UHGV virus genome: UHGV-0123226
Direction: 5' to 3' (one strand)
Length of the DNA: 64,000 nucleotides
DNA from: a virus
Shown: in pieces, positions 28,072 through 37,014 of the stretch
Layout of the letters: each line of letters opens with the position of its first letter
Position numbering within the stretch: the first letter of the stretch is position 1
Notes under the pieces: model-generated
What the model was told of the DNA's origin: nothing
The model's input: only the letters and a program-made list of their open reading frames with translations
Database searches by the model: none
Position numbers and translations under genes: made by a program

Positions 28072-29253
28072 TTAAAAATTTACATAGCTACTGAAAGCAT
28101 CTGTTGCTTCTTTAGTAACTTCATCAGAAACATGAGTGTAAGTATCCATAGTTATTTGTAAAGAAGAATGTCCTAAACGTTCTTGGATTATTTTAGACCT
28201 AACATTATCTGATTCGAATAATAATGTTGCGTGGGTATGCCGAAAACCATGACAACCAATAGAATGTAAGTTAGCCTTTTCTGCCAATCTTTTGGAACGT
28301 TGGTAAATGTCTTGACTTCGGAACATGGTACCATCAATTTTTGTAAAAATGAGTTGTGTTTTAAACCCACCTTTTTTCATTAAAGCTTCACGCTGTCTAA
28401 GTTTCCATTTTTTTAAGATATAAGCAGTCTTGTCATCAAAAGAAATTTTACGAATAGAATTGGGAGTTTTAGGATCGTTTATAGTCAATCCATTTGTACT
28501 GATAGCAGTAGTTTTATTTATATTAACTACCTGCTTTTTTAAATCAATATCATTCCAATTCAATGCTAAAGCTTCACCAACACGTATACCAGTAAAAGAA
28601 AGTAAGCGAAAAATAGCACAGTCTAAGTCAGCATAGTATTTTAGAACTAAACTTTCTTCTTTGGCTTGATTGGCAATACTATCAGCTGTATTTAAGAAAT
28701 GTTCCAGTTCGTCTTTTGTATAGAACTTTCTTTTTGTATTCTTTTCTATTTTCTTTAGCGAACTAGGCTTAGTTATTTTCTTAAATGGGTTTGAATCTAT
28801 TATTTCTAAACCAACAGCATAGTCACAAACACGAGAAGCATAACTCAAAAGTACTTTTCCCATTTCATTCTTTTTATACCATTCATTAACAGATTTTTGC
28901 ACGATCTTGACTGTTAAACGCTCAAGTCGCATTTTCCCAAATGTGGGTAAAATGTGTTTTTTCATACGTCGTTCAGTAGCTATGAATGTGGATTCCCTAA
29001 CTGTTTTTTTGTATTCGTCCAACCACATATAATAAACTTCTTCAAAAGTGGTTAAACGAGTATGCTCGTTAGCTAGGTTTCCATTATCAAAATCTAATTT
29101 TTTTTGATTAAGCTTGAGCTGTGCTTCTTTTTTTGTATTACAGTTTCTGATAGTGACATTAATTTGTTTTCCAGTTAAATAATCTACGCCTAAATAGGCA
29201 GTTACTTTCCAGTATTTTTTTCCTTTTTTTGTATATTGTTTAAAAGTTGCCAT
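28072..29253 (-). CDS. int: tyrosine recombinase (phage integrase)
   Basis: 393 aa; C-terminal catalytic region with HGFRHTHATLL and the LGHSSLQITMDTYTH motif containing the catalytic Tyr. Confidence 0.9.
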   Translation of the reverse strand: MATFKQYTKKGKKYWKVTAYLGVDYLTGKQINVTIRNCNTKKEAQLKLNQKKLDFDNGNLANEHTRLTTFEEVYYMWLDEYKKTVRESTFIATERRMKKHILPTFGKMRLERLTVKIVQKSVNEWYKKNEMGKVLLSYASRVCDYAVGLEIIDSNPFKKITKPSSLKKIEKNTKRKFYTKDELEHFLNTADSIANQAKEESLVLKYYADLDCAIFRLLSFTGIRVGEALALNWNDIDLKKQVVNINKTTAISTNGLTINDPKTPNSIRKISFDDKTAYILKKWKLRQREALMKKGGFKTQLIFTKIDGTMFRSQDIYQRSKRLAEKANLHSIGCHGFRHTHATLLFESDNVRSKIIQERLGHSSLQITMDTYTHVSDEVTKEATDAFSSYVNF

Positions 29254-29374
29254 TGTTTATCCTTTCCACTTGGGCAAGCGAATAGAAGGAATGACAAATT
29301 TCTAGCACCTCCTTATTAGATTTTAAAGCCCCTAGCATGAATCGAACACGCTAGAACTCACCAGAGAGGGGGAT

Positions 29375-30247
29375 TTATACTTCAATTAAATGGCTACCAT
29401 CTGTTGGAGTTAACAATGCTTTTATCCCTTCATACAAACTCAAACAAAATGGAATTGCTGTCCAATAAAAAATAAAATATAGTAATCCTCTTTTAAATTT
29501 TTTAGCATAAAACCAATGAATTCCAAACATACCCAAGAATATTGCTAGTATCGAAAATATAAATTTATTTACTATAACTTTATTAGTAAATGAGTTAGCT
29601 TCATTGTTCAAATTACTTATATTTTCTTCTTTCTCTAAGAATTGACTAATTTCAACTTTAATATAAAATTTTCCAAATCCTTCTTTTATTATTGTTTCAA
29701 CTTCAGTCGGTTCATTTAAAATAATTCCTGAATTTTTTGGTATATATCCTATCTTTCCACTTCTATTAATTTTTGCATTTTTTGGAGTAGGATGATTAGA
29801 ATATACAGCTATAGCATTGGGATCATACTTATTATCAGGCTCTGGAACTAATGTTAAATTAAGATTGTGATAATGGTAACCGTACGTATTCCAAGTTTCT
29901 CCATTATCTTTTAAAACGTTTCTTAAAATTCGTTCAGCATCTGTATATTGAGTTCCTACTACTTCTACAATATAAGAGTTATTTGATTCATAGTTTTTGT
30001 TATTAACGTCATAATTAGTTTTATAATTCTCTTTATTTGAATTATTTATAGATGATAAAGGATTAACTCCGAAAGTAGTTTTATTGTAAATTTTGTTATA
30101 TGCTGCTTTTTTTGGATCTTTAATCCAACCAGTTCCTTTTTTACCATAACCAGGTATCGTTGCTTTTTTAATAGATCTTTTGGCTTTACCTGTTGTTCTA
30201 GCTTTGATAGATTTTTTTATGCTTGGTTTTCTTGGTCCTATTTTCAT
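29375..30247 (-). CDS. HIRAN-domain protein with Lys-rich N-terminus and C-terminal TM2-domain membrane anchor
   Basis: VVGTQY...LTLVPEPDNKYDPNAIAVY...GKIGYIP matches the HIRAN signature. C-terminal LAIFLGMFGIHWFYAKKFKRGLLYFIFYW matches the TM2 domain (GxxGxHxFY). N-terminal PRKPSIKKSIKARTTGKAKRSIKK is basic and low-complexity. Confidence 0.6.
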   Translation of the reverse strand: MKIGPRKPSIKKSIKARTTGKAKRSIKKATIPGYGKKGTGWIKDPKKAAYNKIYNKTTFGVNPLSSINNSNKENYKTNYDVNNKNYESNNSYIVEVVGTQYTDAERILRNVLKDNGETWNTYGYHYHNLNLTLVPEPDNKYDPNAIAVYSNHPTPKNAKINRSGKIGYIPKNSGIILNEPTEVETIIKEGFGKFYIKVEISQFLEKEENISNLNNEANSFTNKVIVNKFIFSILAIFLGMFGIHWFYAKKFKRGLLYFIFYWTAIPFCLSLYEGIKALLTPTDGSHLIEV

Positions 30248-30262
30248 TTTTATCCCTTCCTT

Positions 30263-30910
30263 CTATAAGCCCATTTTTACATAACTAATTAATTTTGTTG
30301 AATCATAGTTATATCTATATTGATTAATAGCTGATCTAGCTAAGCATGGATTTAATAAAAATATTTTTGTTAAAAAATCATATAGCCTTACGTATAGTGC
30401 TGCAGCACTCATTTCAAATTCTTCGCAAATTTGACGGAAAGACATTCGTTTTCTTAAACATTCTTTCAATGCTTCATTGTTTATTAAAGCAAGGGATGCA
30501 AATATATTAGCTCTTATTTCTTTTGGTTCATCTTCGCTAGTGTATCCTTTTCCAGTAATTAAATCTGAAAAACTTTGAGACTTGCATTCCTTATTCATAT
30601 CAAAAAAATAATGTGCAGATTCATGAAGTATTGAGAAATTTTGCCTTCCTTTAACCATTGTTGAATTGTAGGAAATTCCGCATTTATCGTGAAATCTTAT
30701 TATGTTTCCTGAAAATATTTTTCTTGAAACATCACCGAAACTATAGGGAATTATGTCAACATTTTCTACGTCAATCATATAATCTTTGTAGTGTTTCCAT
30801 CTTAACTCTTTTAATTCAATTCCATAGTAATTGGCAACTTTTTCAATAATAATATATGTCTGGTCATGATATTCAAAATAAGTATCGTAGTCTAAATACA
30901 TAGGGGTCAT
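30263..30910 (-). CDS. ImmA/IrrE-family zinc metallopeptidase
   Basis: HESAHYFFD (HExxH) and a gene order paired with the XRE repressor. Confidence 0.8.
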   Translation of the reverse strand: MTPMYLDYDTYFEYHDQTYIIIEKVANYYGIELKELRWKHYKDYMIDVENVDIIPYSFGDVSRKIFSGNIIRFHDKCGISYNSTMVKGRQNFSILHESAHYFFDMNKECKSQSFSDLITGKGYTSEDEPKEIRANIFASLALINNEALKECLRKRMSFRQICEEFEMSAAALYVRLYDFLTKIFLLNPCLARSAINQYRYNYDSTKLISYVKMGL

Positions 30911-30914
30911 CCAA

Positions 30915-31256
30915 TCATTTGTTTTTAAGTCTTGATTTCATGAATTCCAAGTACTCTTTTAATTCTTCCCTGAGCTGATCTTTTTCGGATTCGGTTAAAT
31001 CTTCTGTATTTACACGGAAGAAAGTTGTAATTTCATCTTCCTCTAAGCTGTCAGAATTTGGATTTTCAGTACGACCTAGTAGATAATCGGTAGTTACATC
31101 AAAATATTCAGCAACTTTTTCTAAGGTTTCTGCTTTAGGACTACTTTTTTTCCATGAATATATTGAGTTACGACTTAAATTCAATTTTTCTGCTAAATCA
31201 AATACGGACAATCCTTGTTTTTTTGCTAGATACGAAATCCTTTCAAATAAGGTCAT
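30915..31256 (-). CDS. XRE-family HTH repressor (CI-like)
   Basis: N-terminal HTH (QGLSVFDLAEKLNLSRNSIYSWKK); transcribed divergently from a cro-like gene. Confidence 0.85.
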   Translation of the reverse strand: MTLFERISYLAKKQGLSVFDLAEKLNLSRNSIYSWKKSSPKAETLEKVAEYFDVTTDYLLGRTENPNSDSLEEDEITTFFRVNTEDLTESEKDQLREELKEYLEFMKSRLKNK

Positions 31257-31290
31257 TTTAGCATATTCTCCTTTGTTGAACAGTTATTTA

Positions 31291-31496
31291 ATACAAAACT
31301 TTTAACTTTTTTGTTTACAAATTAAAAGTTTTGTATTATCCTGTTCTTGTAAGTTATTTAGATAGAAAAAAGCAAATTAAAAACACTACCTTTAAAGCAT
31401 TAAGTTTGGCGACCGAGTGCAAAATAAAGGCTTTACTATGTTTTTTTCTATACACCGATAGTACAAAACTTTTAACTTTGTGTCAATAGTTTTGTA
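31291..31496. promoter_or_regulatory. genetic-switch operator region: four copies of TACAAAACTTTTAA (two direct, two inverted)
   Basis: Sites at 31292-31305, 31322-31335 (inverted), 31462-31475 and 31488-31496 (inverted, partial), between the divergent repressor and cro-like genes. Confidence 0.6.
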
Positions 31497-31549
31497 GTTT
31501 ATTTTCTATCTAATTGACTTACTAAATACTAAAGAAAGGAGCATCGAAA

Positions 31550-31741
31550 ATGCCAGATACATCAGTAAGCCGCCAAAAAATTCGTGATTACTTTGAAAGT
31601 AAGGGGATTTCTTTAGTCACTGTAGCAACATATTTTAACATTCCAAAACAGGACTTAAACGATTATCTTTCTGGAAAAAATCAAAGTAAAAAGGCTCACG
31701 AAACACTAACGGCTATTATTGAATACTACAAAATCAGATAG
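31550..31741 (+). CDS. Cro-like small DNA-binding protein
   Basis: 63-aa first gene of the rightward early operon, opposite the repressor. Confidence 0.5.
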   Translation: MPDTSVSRQKIRDYFESKGISLVTVATYFNIPKQDLNDYLSGKNQSKKAHETLTAIIEYYKIR

Positions 31742-31744
31742 GAG

Positions 31745-32023
31745 GTGATAGTAATGGAAGTGATTTTAACTCCAGAAAATGAAGCTTCTCTAAGAGATTT
31801 TGTACACGGAATTATTGTTGATGAAATAGAAAAAGCACGAAGAGATACCGCAGTTGATAAGCGAGTCTTAAATCAAACAGAGATTGCAAAATATTTCAAT
31901 GTTTCCACAACAACAATAAGGGAATGGGAGAAGCTAGGGCTTCCGCATGGATCAGTAAGTAAACAAGGGAAGTTCTACGACAAAGAAGAGTGTCGCAGAT
32001 GGCTTCTATCACAAAAAAGATAA
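31745..32023 (+). CDS. excisionase-like HTH protein
   Basis: LNQTEIAKYFNVSTTTIREWEKLGLPHG, a MerR/Xis-type helix-turn-helix. Confidence 0.45.
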   Translation: MIVMEVILTPENEASLRDFVHGIIVDEIEKARRDTAVDKRVLNQTEIAKYFNVSTTTIREWEKLGLPHGSVSKQGKFYDKEECRRWLLSQKR

Positions 32024-32026
32024 ATC

Positions 32027-32260
32027 TTGGGCAAGCGAAATTTAAGGAGGTTTTACAAAATGATTATTTGCTACAAAGGCGAAGATTTAAAAGTGCAAGA
32101 GACTTGTAGCACCTATGACAACATTTCAGTTGTGTTGTTTAAAGGGCAAAAACGAGTGTATAACCATCGAACGAATGAAATTGTTGGCGGCGATGAACGC
32201 TTGCCAGAAGCAAAAGCAATTCGAAATTTTAACGGTTCTGTGATGGTATTAGGGAGGTGA
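32027..32260 (+). CDS. hypothetical phage protein
   Basis: 77-aa ORF with RBS aaggagg. Confidence 0.4.
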   Translation: MGKRNLRRFYKMIICYKGEDLKVQETCSTYDNISVVLFKGQKRVYNHRTNEIVGGDERLPEAKAIRNFNGSVMVLGR

Positions 32261-32472
32261 AAGCAATGAAAAAAGTTTATCAATCTCGTTTACTCGGAGC
32301 GTTCCTCGTTTTGGCTATATTTGGCGCTGTATTAGCGTTAAGCACTAATATAGGTTGGTTAGTGGCTATAGCAGGCAGTGCCAGTCTTACGTGGTTTGCG
32401 TATGACACAGAGGTCAAGTGGGATTTATACGAAAAATCTATAGGAAGGAGAAAAAACTATGTTAACAGCTAA
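32257..32472 (+). CDS. small two-TM membrane protein
   Basis: Two hydrophobic helices (LLGAFLVLAIFGAVLAL, GWLVAIAGSASLTWFAY). Confidence 0.4.
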   Translation: MKAMKKVYQSRLLGAFLVLAIFGAVLALSTNIGWLVAIAGSASLTWFAYDTEVKWDLYEKSIGRRKNYVNS

Positions 32473-32653
32473 TGAAGCTTTTTTAGTACGTGAAGCAGTA
32501 CGAGAAAAGATTGAAACGTTAAGAGATGCAGTACGTCACGAAAGTGCAAAGCATCCGACAATGCAAGACCTCCGCACGCTAAAGCATTTTCAAGCAGAAC
32601 TAGAACGTTACGAAGTTGCTTATCAAAAAATGCTCAATGAAGTGGGGTGCTAG
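32459..32653 (+). CDS. hypothetical phage protein
   Basis: 64-aa ORF, overlapping start. Confidence 0.35.
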   Translation: MLTANEAFLVREAVREKIETLRDAVRHESAKHPTMQDLRTLKHFQAELERYEVAYQKMLNEVGC

Positions 32654-32763
32654 TTGATGATTGCTGTATTGAAACAAAAAGAGCCTACCTCGTCCGCCAA
32701 CGAAGTAAGCTGCTAAACAAAAAATATACAAGTAAATAATAACACGGAAAGTAGGAATTTAAA

Positions 32764-33456
32764 ATGAAAAACTATTATCACGTAAAAACACAAGAAGCAT
32801 ACGATAGCTTAATGACTATTTTGGAAACGCTAGGGTATAGCTGGATTACTGGCAATAAGCCAACAAAAATTGATATTTTTCATATGCTTGGAGCGGCAAC
32901 AGTTATAGAGGTAGACGGAAAGAAAAAGAAATTAAAGTATATGGAAACTCATACCTTTAAACAAATTATCGAAATTGACGGTGTAAGCTTGATTGAATGG
33001 CCAGCAGTTGCTTCAAAAGAGAAAATTGAAGTCTCAAAAGAATTTGATGAATGGGTTCAGAAAAGTAAAGAAGCACATATTGATTATAAAAGTTGGTGTA
33101 TTTGGCAAATTAATAAGATGGGATGGGGTCACTGGTTGGAAGATCCTATTACAGATGAAATGTTGTTTGCTTCGGAAGGCTCCAAGTGGACGAAAGAAGT
33201 AGAAGAAAACAAAGAACTGCATACACGTGCGATTCTTGATGGTTACACAGTAAAAAAAGAACCAATGTATGAAATTCCCTTACCGTACACGGTAAATGCT
33301 ACGGAAAAACAGCAATATTTATCTTACGACACTGAAAAGAATCATTTTGTTTGTGCAGCAAAATCAGACAAGCTAAAACATCACTTCACAGAAAAAGAAC
33401 TAAAAGAAAAAGTACCTGAATTTTATCGGGAATTGGCGGTGAAAGTTGATGAGTAA
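32764..33456 (+). CDS. hypothetical phage protein
   Basis: 230-aa ORF with RBS. Confidence 0.5.
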   Translation: MKNYYHVKTQEAYDSLMTILETLGYSWITGNKPTKIDIFHMLGAATVIEVDGKKKKLKYMETHTFKQIIEIDGVSLIEWPAVASKEKIEVSKEFDEWVQKSKEAHIDYKSWCIWQINKMGWGHWLEDPITDEMLFASEGSKWTKEVEENKELHTRAILDGYTVKKEPMYEIPLPYTVNATEKQQYLSYDTEKNHFVCAAKSDKLKHHFTEKELKEKVPEFYRELAVKVDE

Positions 33457-33664
33457 TAAAAAGATAATACTTCCTGACTTTTTAACATTGAAGCAAAAAG
33501 AGCAGATATTAAAAGCATATAAACAGGGAAACCCAATCATTGTGAAAGGTGCGCAAGGGCCTACGGGAAAAACAACACTTATTAATTGCCTTAGAAAACA
33601 GGGAATTCAAGCATTTGAAGCGTGGGAATGTTTAACCATAACGTTAAATGATTTTATTGAATGA
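33446..33664 (+). CDS. small P-loop-motif protein
   Basis: GAQGPTGKTT is Walker-A-like, in a 72-aa ORF. Confidence 0.35.
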   Translation: MMSNKKIILPDFLTLKQKEQILKAYKQGNPIIVKGAQGPTGKTTLINCLRKQGIQAFEAWECLTITLNDFIE

Positions 33665-33954
33665 GTGGACCAGAAAAGAAAGTTGAAAACCAGATAAAAA
33701 AATATCTCGATTCTTTAGGTGCCTATTATTTAAAAGTGCATGGTTCTATGTATCAACCAGCAGGAACACCTGATGTTTTGGCTTGTGTTAATGGCCATTT
33801 TGTTGCTATTGAAGTAAAGCGGCCAAGTGGTGGGGTTGTCAGTGCATTACAAAAAAGCAAGCTGAAAAGAATCGAACAAGCAGGAGGGATAAGTATTGTC
33901 GCAAGAAGTGTGGACGATGTATCCACAATGCTCAAGCAAAGCAATGTTATATAA
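33661..33954 (+). CDS. VRR-NUC domain nuclease
   Basis: DVLACVNGHFVAIEVKRP is the PD-(D/E)xK motif arrangement of the VRR-NUC family. Confidence 0.75.
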   Translation: MSGPEKKVENQIKKYLDSLGAYYLKVHGSMYQPAGTPDVLACVNGHFVAIEVKRPSGGVVSALQKSKLKRIEQAGGISIVARSVDDVSTMLKQSNVI

Positions 33955-35158
33955 CTTTCAAAAGAAAATAATTGATTCAATCGATGCCAATTATCTATTA
34001 GCAATGGATACAGGAACAGGAAAAACAATCACTGCAATTCATCAATATTTGAAATATAGCAGAGGAGAACCAATTTTAATTGTTGCTCCACCGCAGAAAA
34101 TCAAAGAAGGCGGATGGCGAAGAGATATACAGGCCGTGTGTGATTTCTACAAAATTGAAATTTCATTTACTGAACTAAGTTATGGAAAATTAACAGATAG
34201 TTACAAACTGTATAAAGGGTGGTTTGTCATTTTTGACGAAGCACATTATATCAAAAATCCAACTTCACAACGTGGTAAAGCAGCTGCAAAACTAACAAAA
34301 CAATCCAGTCATTTTCTTCTTTTAACAGCAACGCCAGCTAGTAACGGCTGGGAAGATACGTACAACTATTTCATCATGTTTGGTTATTTCAAATCAAAAA
34401 AAGAAATGAATGACCAGCATGCAAAATGGGGAACAATGTATCTTGGTACACGACGAGTACCTAAAATTGAAGGCTGGATTCATGAAGAAAAATTGTATTC
34501 AAAATATGATTCTTTCACTATTTCAATATCGAAAGATGAAGCATTAGATTTGCCGCCATTGATTTTTGAAGATGTGAAATTCAAAAAGAGTAAAGAGTAT
34601 ATGACTGTGGCCAAAGATAGGGTACTAGGTGATGAAGAATATGATACACCATCTAAATTGGCTCATGGGTTGAGATACTATGCGAACCAAAAAGACAAAT
34701 TAGACTATGCCCAAATGCTTTGTGAAGGTACAGAAAACAACATCATTATCTTCTATTACTATCAAAAAGAAATTGAAGCATTGAAAGAAAAAATTAAAAA
34801 TAAAACATTTTTTGAAGTAAACGGCAAGCACTCTAATTTACCACCAAAGCAGTCTTGGAAATCATTGAAGAATAGTGTCACTTTTGTTCAATATATGGCT
34901 GGTAGCGCAGGAATTGAACTTCAATACGCGAATACAGTTATTTTCTATACACCAACTTATTCTTATCAAGATTATAGTCAAGCGCTGGGCCGAGCTTATC
35001 GTAATGGCCAAACTAAGAAAGTAACGGTTTATCGTTTTATAACACAACAGACAATTGAACAAGCCGTTTACCAAGCCTTAGAAAACAAAGAAGATTTTTC
35101 AGAAGAATTGTATATGACTACAAGAGTGGGAAGTGAAGGAAGAATAGATGGAAGATAA
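33896..35158 (+). CDS. SNF2-family helicase / DNA-dependent ATPase
   Basis: Motif I (DTGTGKT), motif II (FDEAHYIKN), LLLTATP, and C-terminal helicase motifs (QALGRAYRNGQ). The true start is probably an internal Met near 33947. Confidence 0.85.
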   Translation: MSQEVWTMYPQCSSKAMLYNFQKKIIDSIDANYLLAMDTGTGKTITAIHQYLKYSRGEPILIVAPPQKIKEGGWRRDIQAVCDFYKIEISFTELSYGKLTDSYKLYKGWFVIFDEAHYIKNPTSQRGKAAAKLTKQSSHFLLLTATPASNGWEDTYNYFIMFGYFKSKKEMNDQHAKWGTMYLGTRRVPKIEGWIHEEKLYSKYDSFTISISKDEALDLPPLIFEDVKFKKSKEYMTVAKDRVLGDEEYDTPSKLAHGLRYYANQKDKLDYAQMLCEGTENNIIIFYYYQKEIEALKEKIKNKTFFEVNGKHSNLPPKQSWKSLKNSVTFVQYMAGSAGIELQYANTVIFYTPTYSYQDYSQALGRAYRNGQTKKVTVYRFITQQTIEQAVYQALENKEDFSEELYMTTRVGSEGRIDGR

Positions 35159-35390
35159 AACAAATTGGTTAGAAATCAAATTAACTTTTTTTAAGTCTAC
35201 AGGAAAATTTTATTCGGAAGAATTAGTGCTTATTCCAAATAAATTATCTCTGTATGATCGAAGAAAGTTTTTAGAAGAATATATAGAAAGCATTGATGGT
35301 AATGAAGTGTTCACATATGTTTCATTAGATTCAAGCGTAATTGGATATCCCTATATGCGTTGTGCAAAAAAAGATTGGTATGAAGATTAA
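35148..35390 (+). CDS. hypothetical phage protein
   Basis: 80-aa ORF. Confidence 0.4.
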   Translation: MEDKTNWLEIKLTFFKSTGKFYSEELVLIPNKLSLYDRRKFLEEYIESIDGNEVFTYVSLDSSVIGYPYMRCAKKDWYED

Positions 35391-35401
35391 ATTGTGAGGG
35401 G

Positions 35402-35596
35402 ATGGTAAAAATGATGGATTTAAAAGAAGTATCAACAGAAGAGTTATTAAAAGAACTAAAAAAAAGGAAAGAAATTCAATCTTATCAATGTGGTATTTAT
35501 CAAGAGTACATGATTACTTTGATGAAAAAATATGACCACAAGTTGATTGAACTTCCATCCCAATTTGAAACTTTAATTTTTATTTCTCCAAACTAA
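35402..35596 (+). CDS. hypothetical phage protein
   Basis: 64-aa ORF. Confidence 0.35.
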   Translation: MVKMMDLKEVSTEELLKELKKRKEIQSYQCGIYQEYMITLMKKYDHKLIELPSQFETLIFISPN

Positions 35597-35839
35597 TTCG
35601 TTGTTAACATAAGTAACTAAATTTTCATCAAGAGAATAGTATAAATATGCATTTTCAGCAGTAGAAATTGCAGCAGTTGATGCTCTCTTACTACTTAAAT
35701 ACTCTGTAATATCTTCAACACTATTAATCTTGTTGGGAAAATCTTTATCAGATAGAACATCTCTGGCTAAATCTCCAATTGGATGATCTACACTTTCAAA
35801 AGTTTTTAACCATTTTTTGAATGTCAAAATAATCACCAC
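35573..35839 (-). CDS. YozE-like (SAM-like fold) small protein, opposite orientation to surrounding genes
   Basis: FKKWLKTFESVDHPIGDLARDVLSDKDFPNKINSVEDITEYL resembles YozE family proteins. Confidence 0.4.
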   Translation of the reverse strand: MVIILTFKKWLKTFESVDHPIGDLARDVLSDKDFPNKINSVEDITEYLSSKRASTAAISTAENAYLYYSLDENLVTYVNNELVWRNKN

Positions 35840-35882
35840 CTTTTAAATTAAATAATAACACAATAAAGACAGGAGGAATAAC

Positions 35883-36794
35883 ATGTTTGGTGTGCAAAAG
35901 CAAGATAAAAATGTAACTGAAAAACGTACACAATATGTTGGTGGCTCAGATGTACCAGTTATTCTTGGCCTTTCGAAATATAAAACACAATTTGAATTGG
36001 CCAAAGAAAAAGCCGGCATTGTAGTACCAGAACAAATTAGCAATCCGTATATAAATTTTGGTAACAAAATGGAGCCTGCTATACGTGAGTACATTAATAC
36101 CATGAATAGCTTAAATTTTCATCCAGAAACATTTATAGATAAGGATGACTATATTCGTTCAAATGTTGATGGTATTGATAACGAAAATAAAATTTTATTG
36201 GAAATTAAAACACATGGAACAAAACCAACAATTGCTGTTTATGAAGCTCAAATGCAACTTTATTTCTACCAAACAGGGTGCGATTATGGCTGGTTGGCCA
36301 TGTATCAAAGACCAACAGATTTTGATTTAGAATTTGATTCTTCACTATTGAAAATAAAAGAAGTTGAACGCGACGAAGGACAAATTGAAAAGATTCTGGA
36401 TTCAATCGAAACTTTTTGGATTCGTGTGGAATACTTAAAAGAAAAACCTGATATGACTGAAACTGAATATTATTCTATCGGGAATGATGTAAATAAATTA
36501 GTTGCACGTGTAGAACGCTTTGAACTTGAAATGTTGGACTTTAACAAGAAAATTAAACAATTAAAAGAACAACAAAAAGAGTTCCGTGAGCTTCTTTACC
36601 AAAAAATGGAAGAACAAGATATTAAAAGTATTGATACTGGCGACATTGTGATTACTCGTATTTTACCAACTATTCGTGAATCAGTTGATAGTACAACATT
36701 AAAAAAAGAAAAGCCTGATATTTACAACAAGTATTTAAAAAAATCACCAGTTAAAGGTTTTATAAAAATTACAGAAAGTAAAGGGGAAAAATAA
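35883..36794 (+). CDS. YqaJ-like viral recombinase exonuclease
   Basis: YVGGSDVPVILGLSKY N-terminal motif of the YqaJ / lambda-Exo-like PD-(D/E)xK exonucleases, with a C-terminal coiled coil. Confidence 0.7.
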   Translation: MFGVQKQDKNVTEKRTQYVGGSDVPVILGLSKYKTQFELAKEKAGIVVPEQISNPYINFGNKMEPAIREYINTMNSLNFHPETFIDKDDYIRSNVDGIDNENKILLEIKTHGTKPTIAVYEAQMQLYFYQTGCDYGWLAMYQRPTDFDLEFDSSLLKIKEVERDEGQIEKILDSIETFWIRVEYLKEKPDMTETEYYSIGNDVNKLVARVERFELEMLDFNKKIKQLKEQQKEFRELLYQKMEEQDIKSIDTGDIVITRILPTIRESVDSTTLKKEKPDIYNKYLKKSPVKGFIKITESKGEK

Positions 36795-36795
36795 C

Positions 36796-37014
36796 ATGAT
36801 TAGAAAATTACAAAATACACGAAAATTTTATGCTACTACACGGAAAGAAGCCGAAGAAGAAATTCAAAAAATTATTGATGAAACCGAAGGATCAGTGATT
36901 AAACAAAACATTGTTTCTAAAAACCATAAAGATTTTGGTGATTACTATGAAGCACAAGTGACCGAAGAATTTGCACGTAGCAAAGAAATTGTTGAAGGAG
37001 GATTTTTAGCATGA
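36796..37014 (+). CDS. hypothetical phage protein
   Basis: 72-aa ORF. Confidence 0.35.
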   Translation: MIRKLQNTRKFYATTRKEAEEEIQKIIDETEGSVIKQNIVSKNHKDFGDYYEAQVTEEFARSKEIVEGGFLA

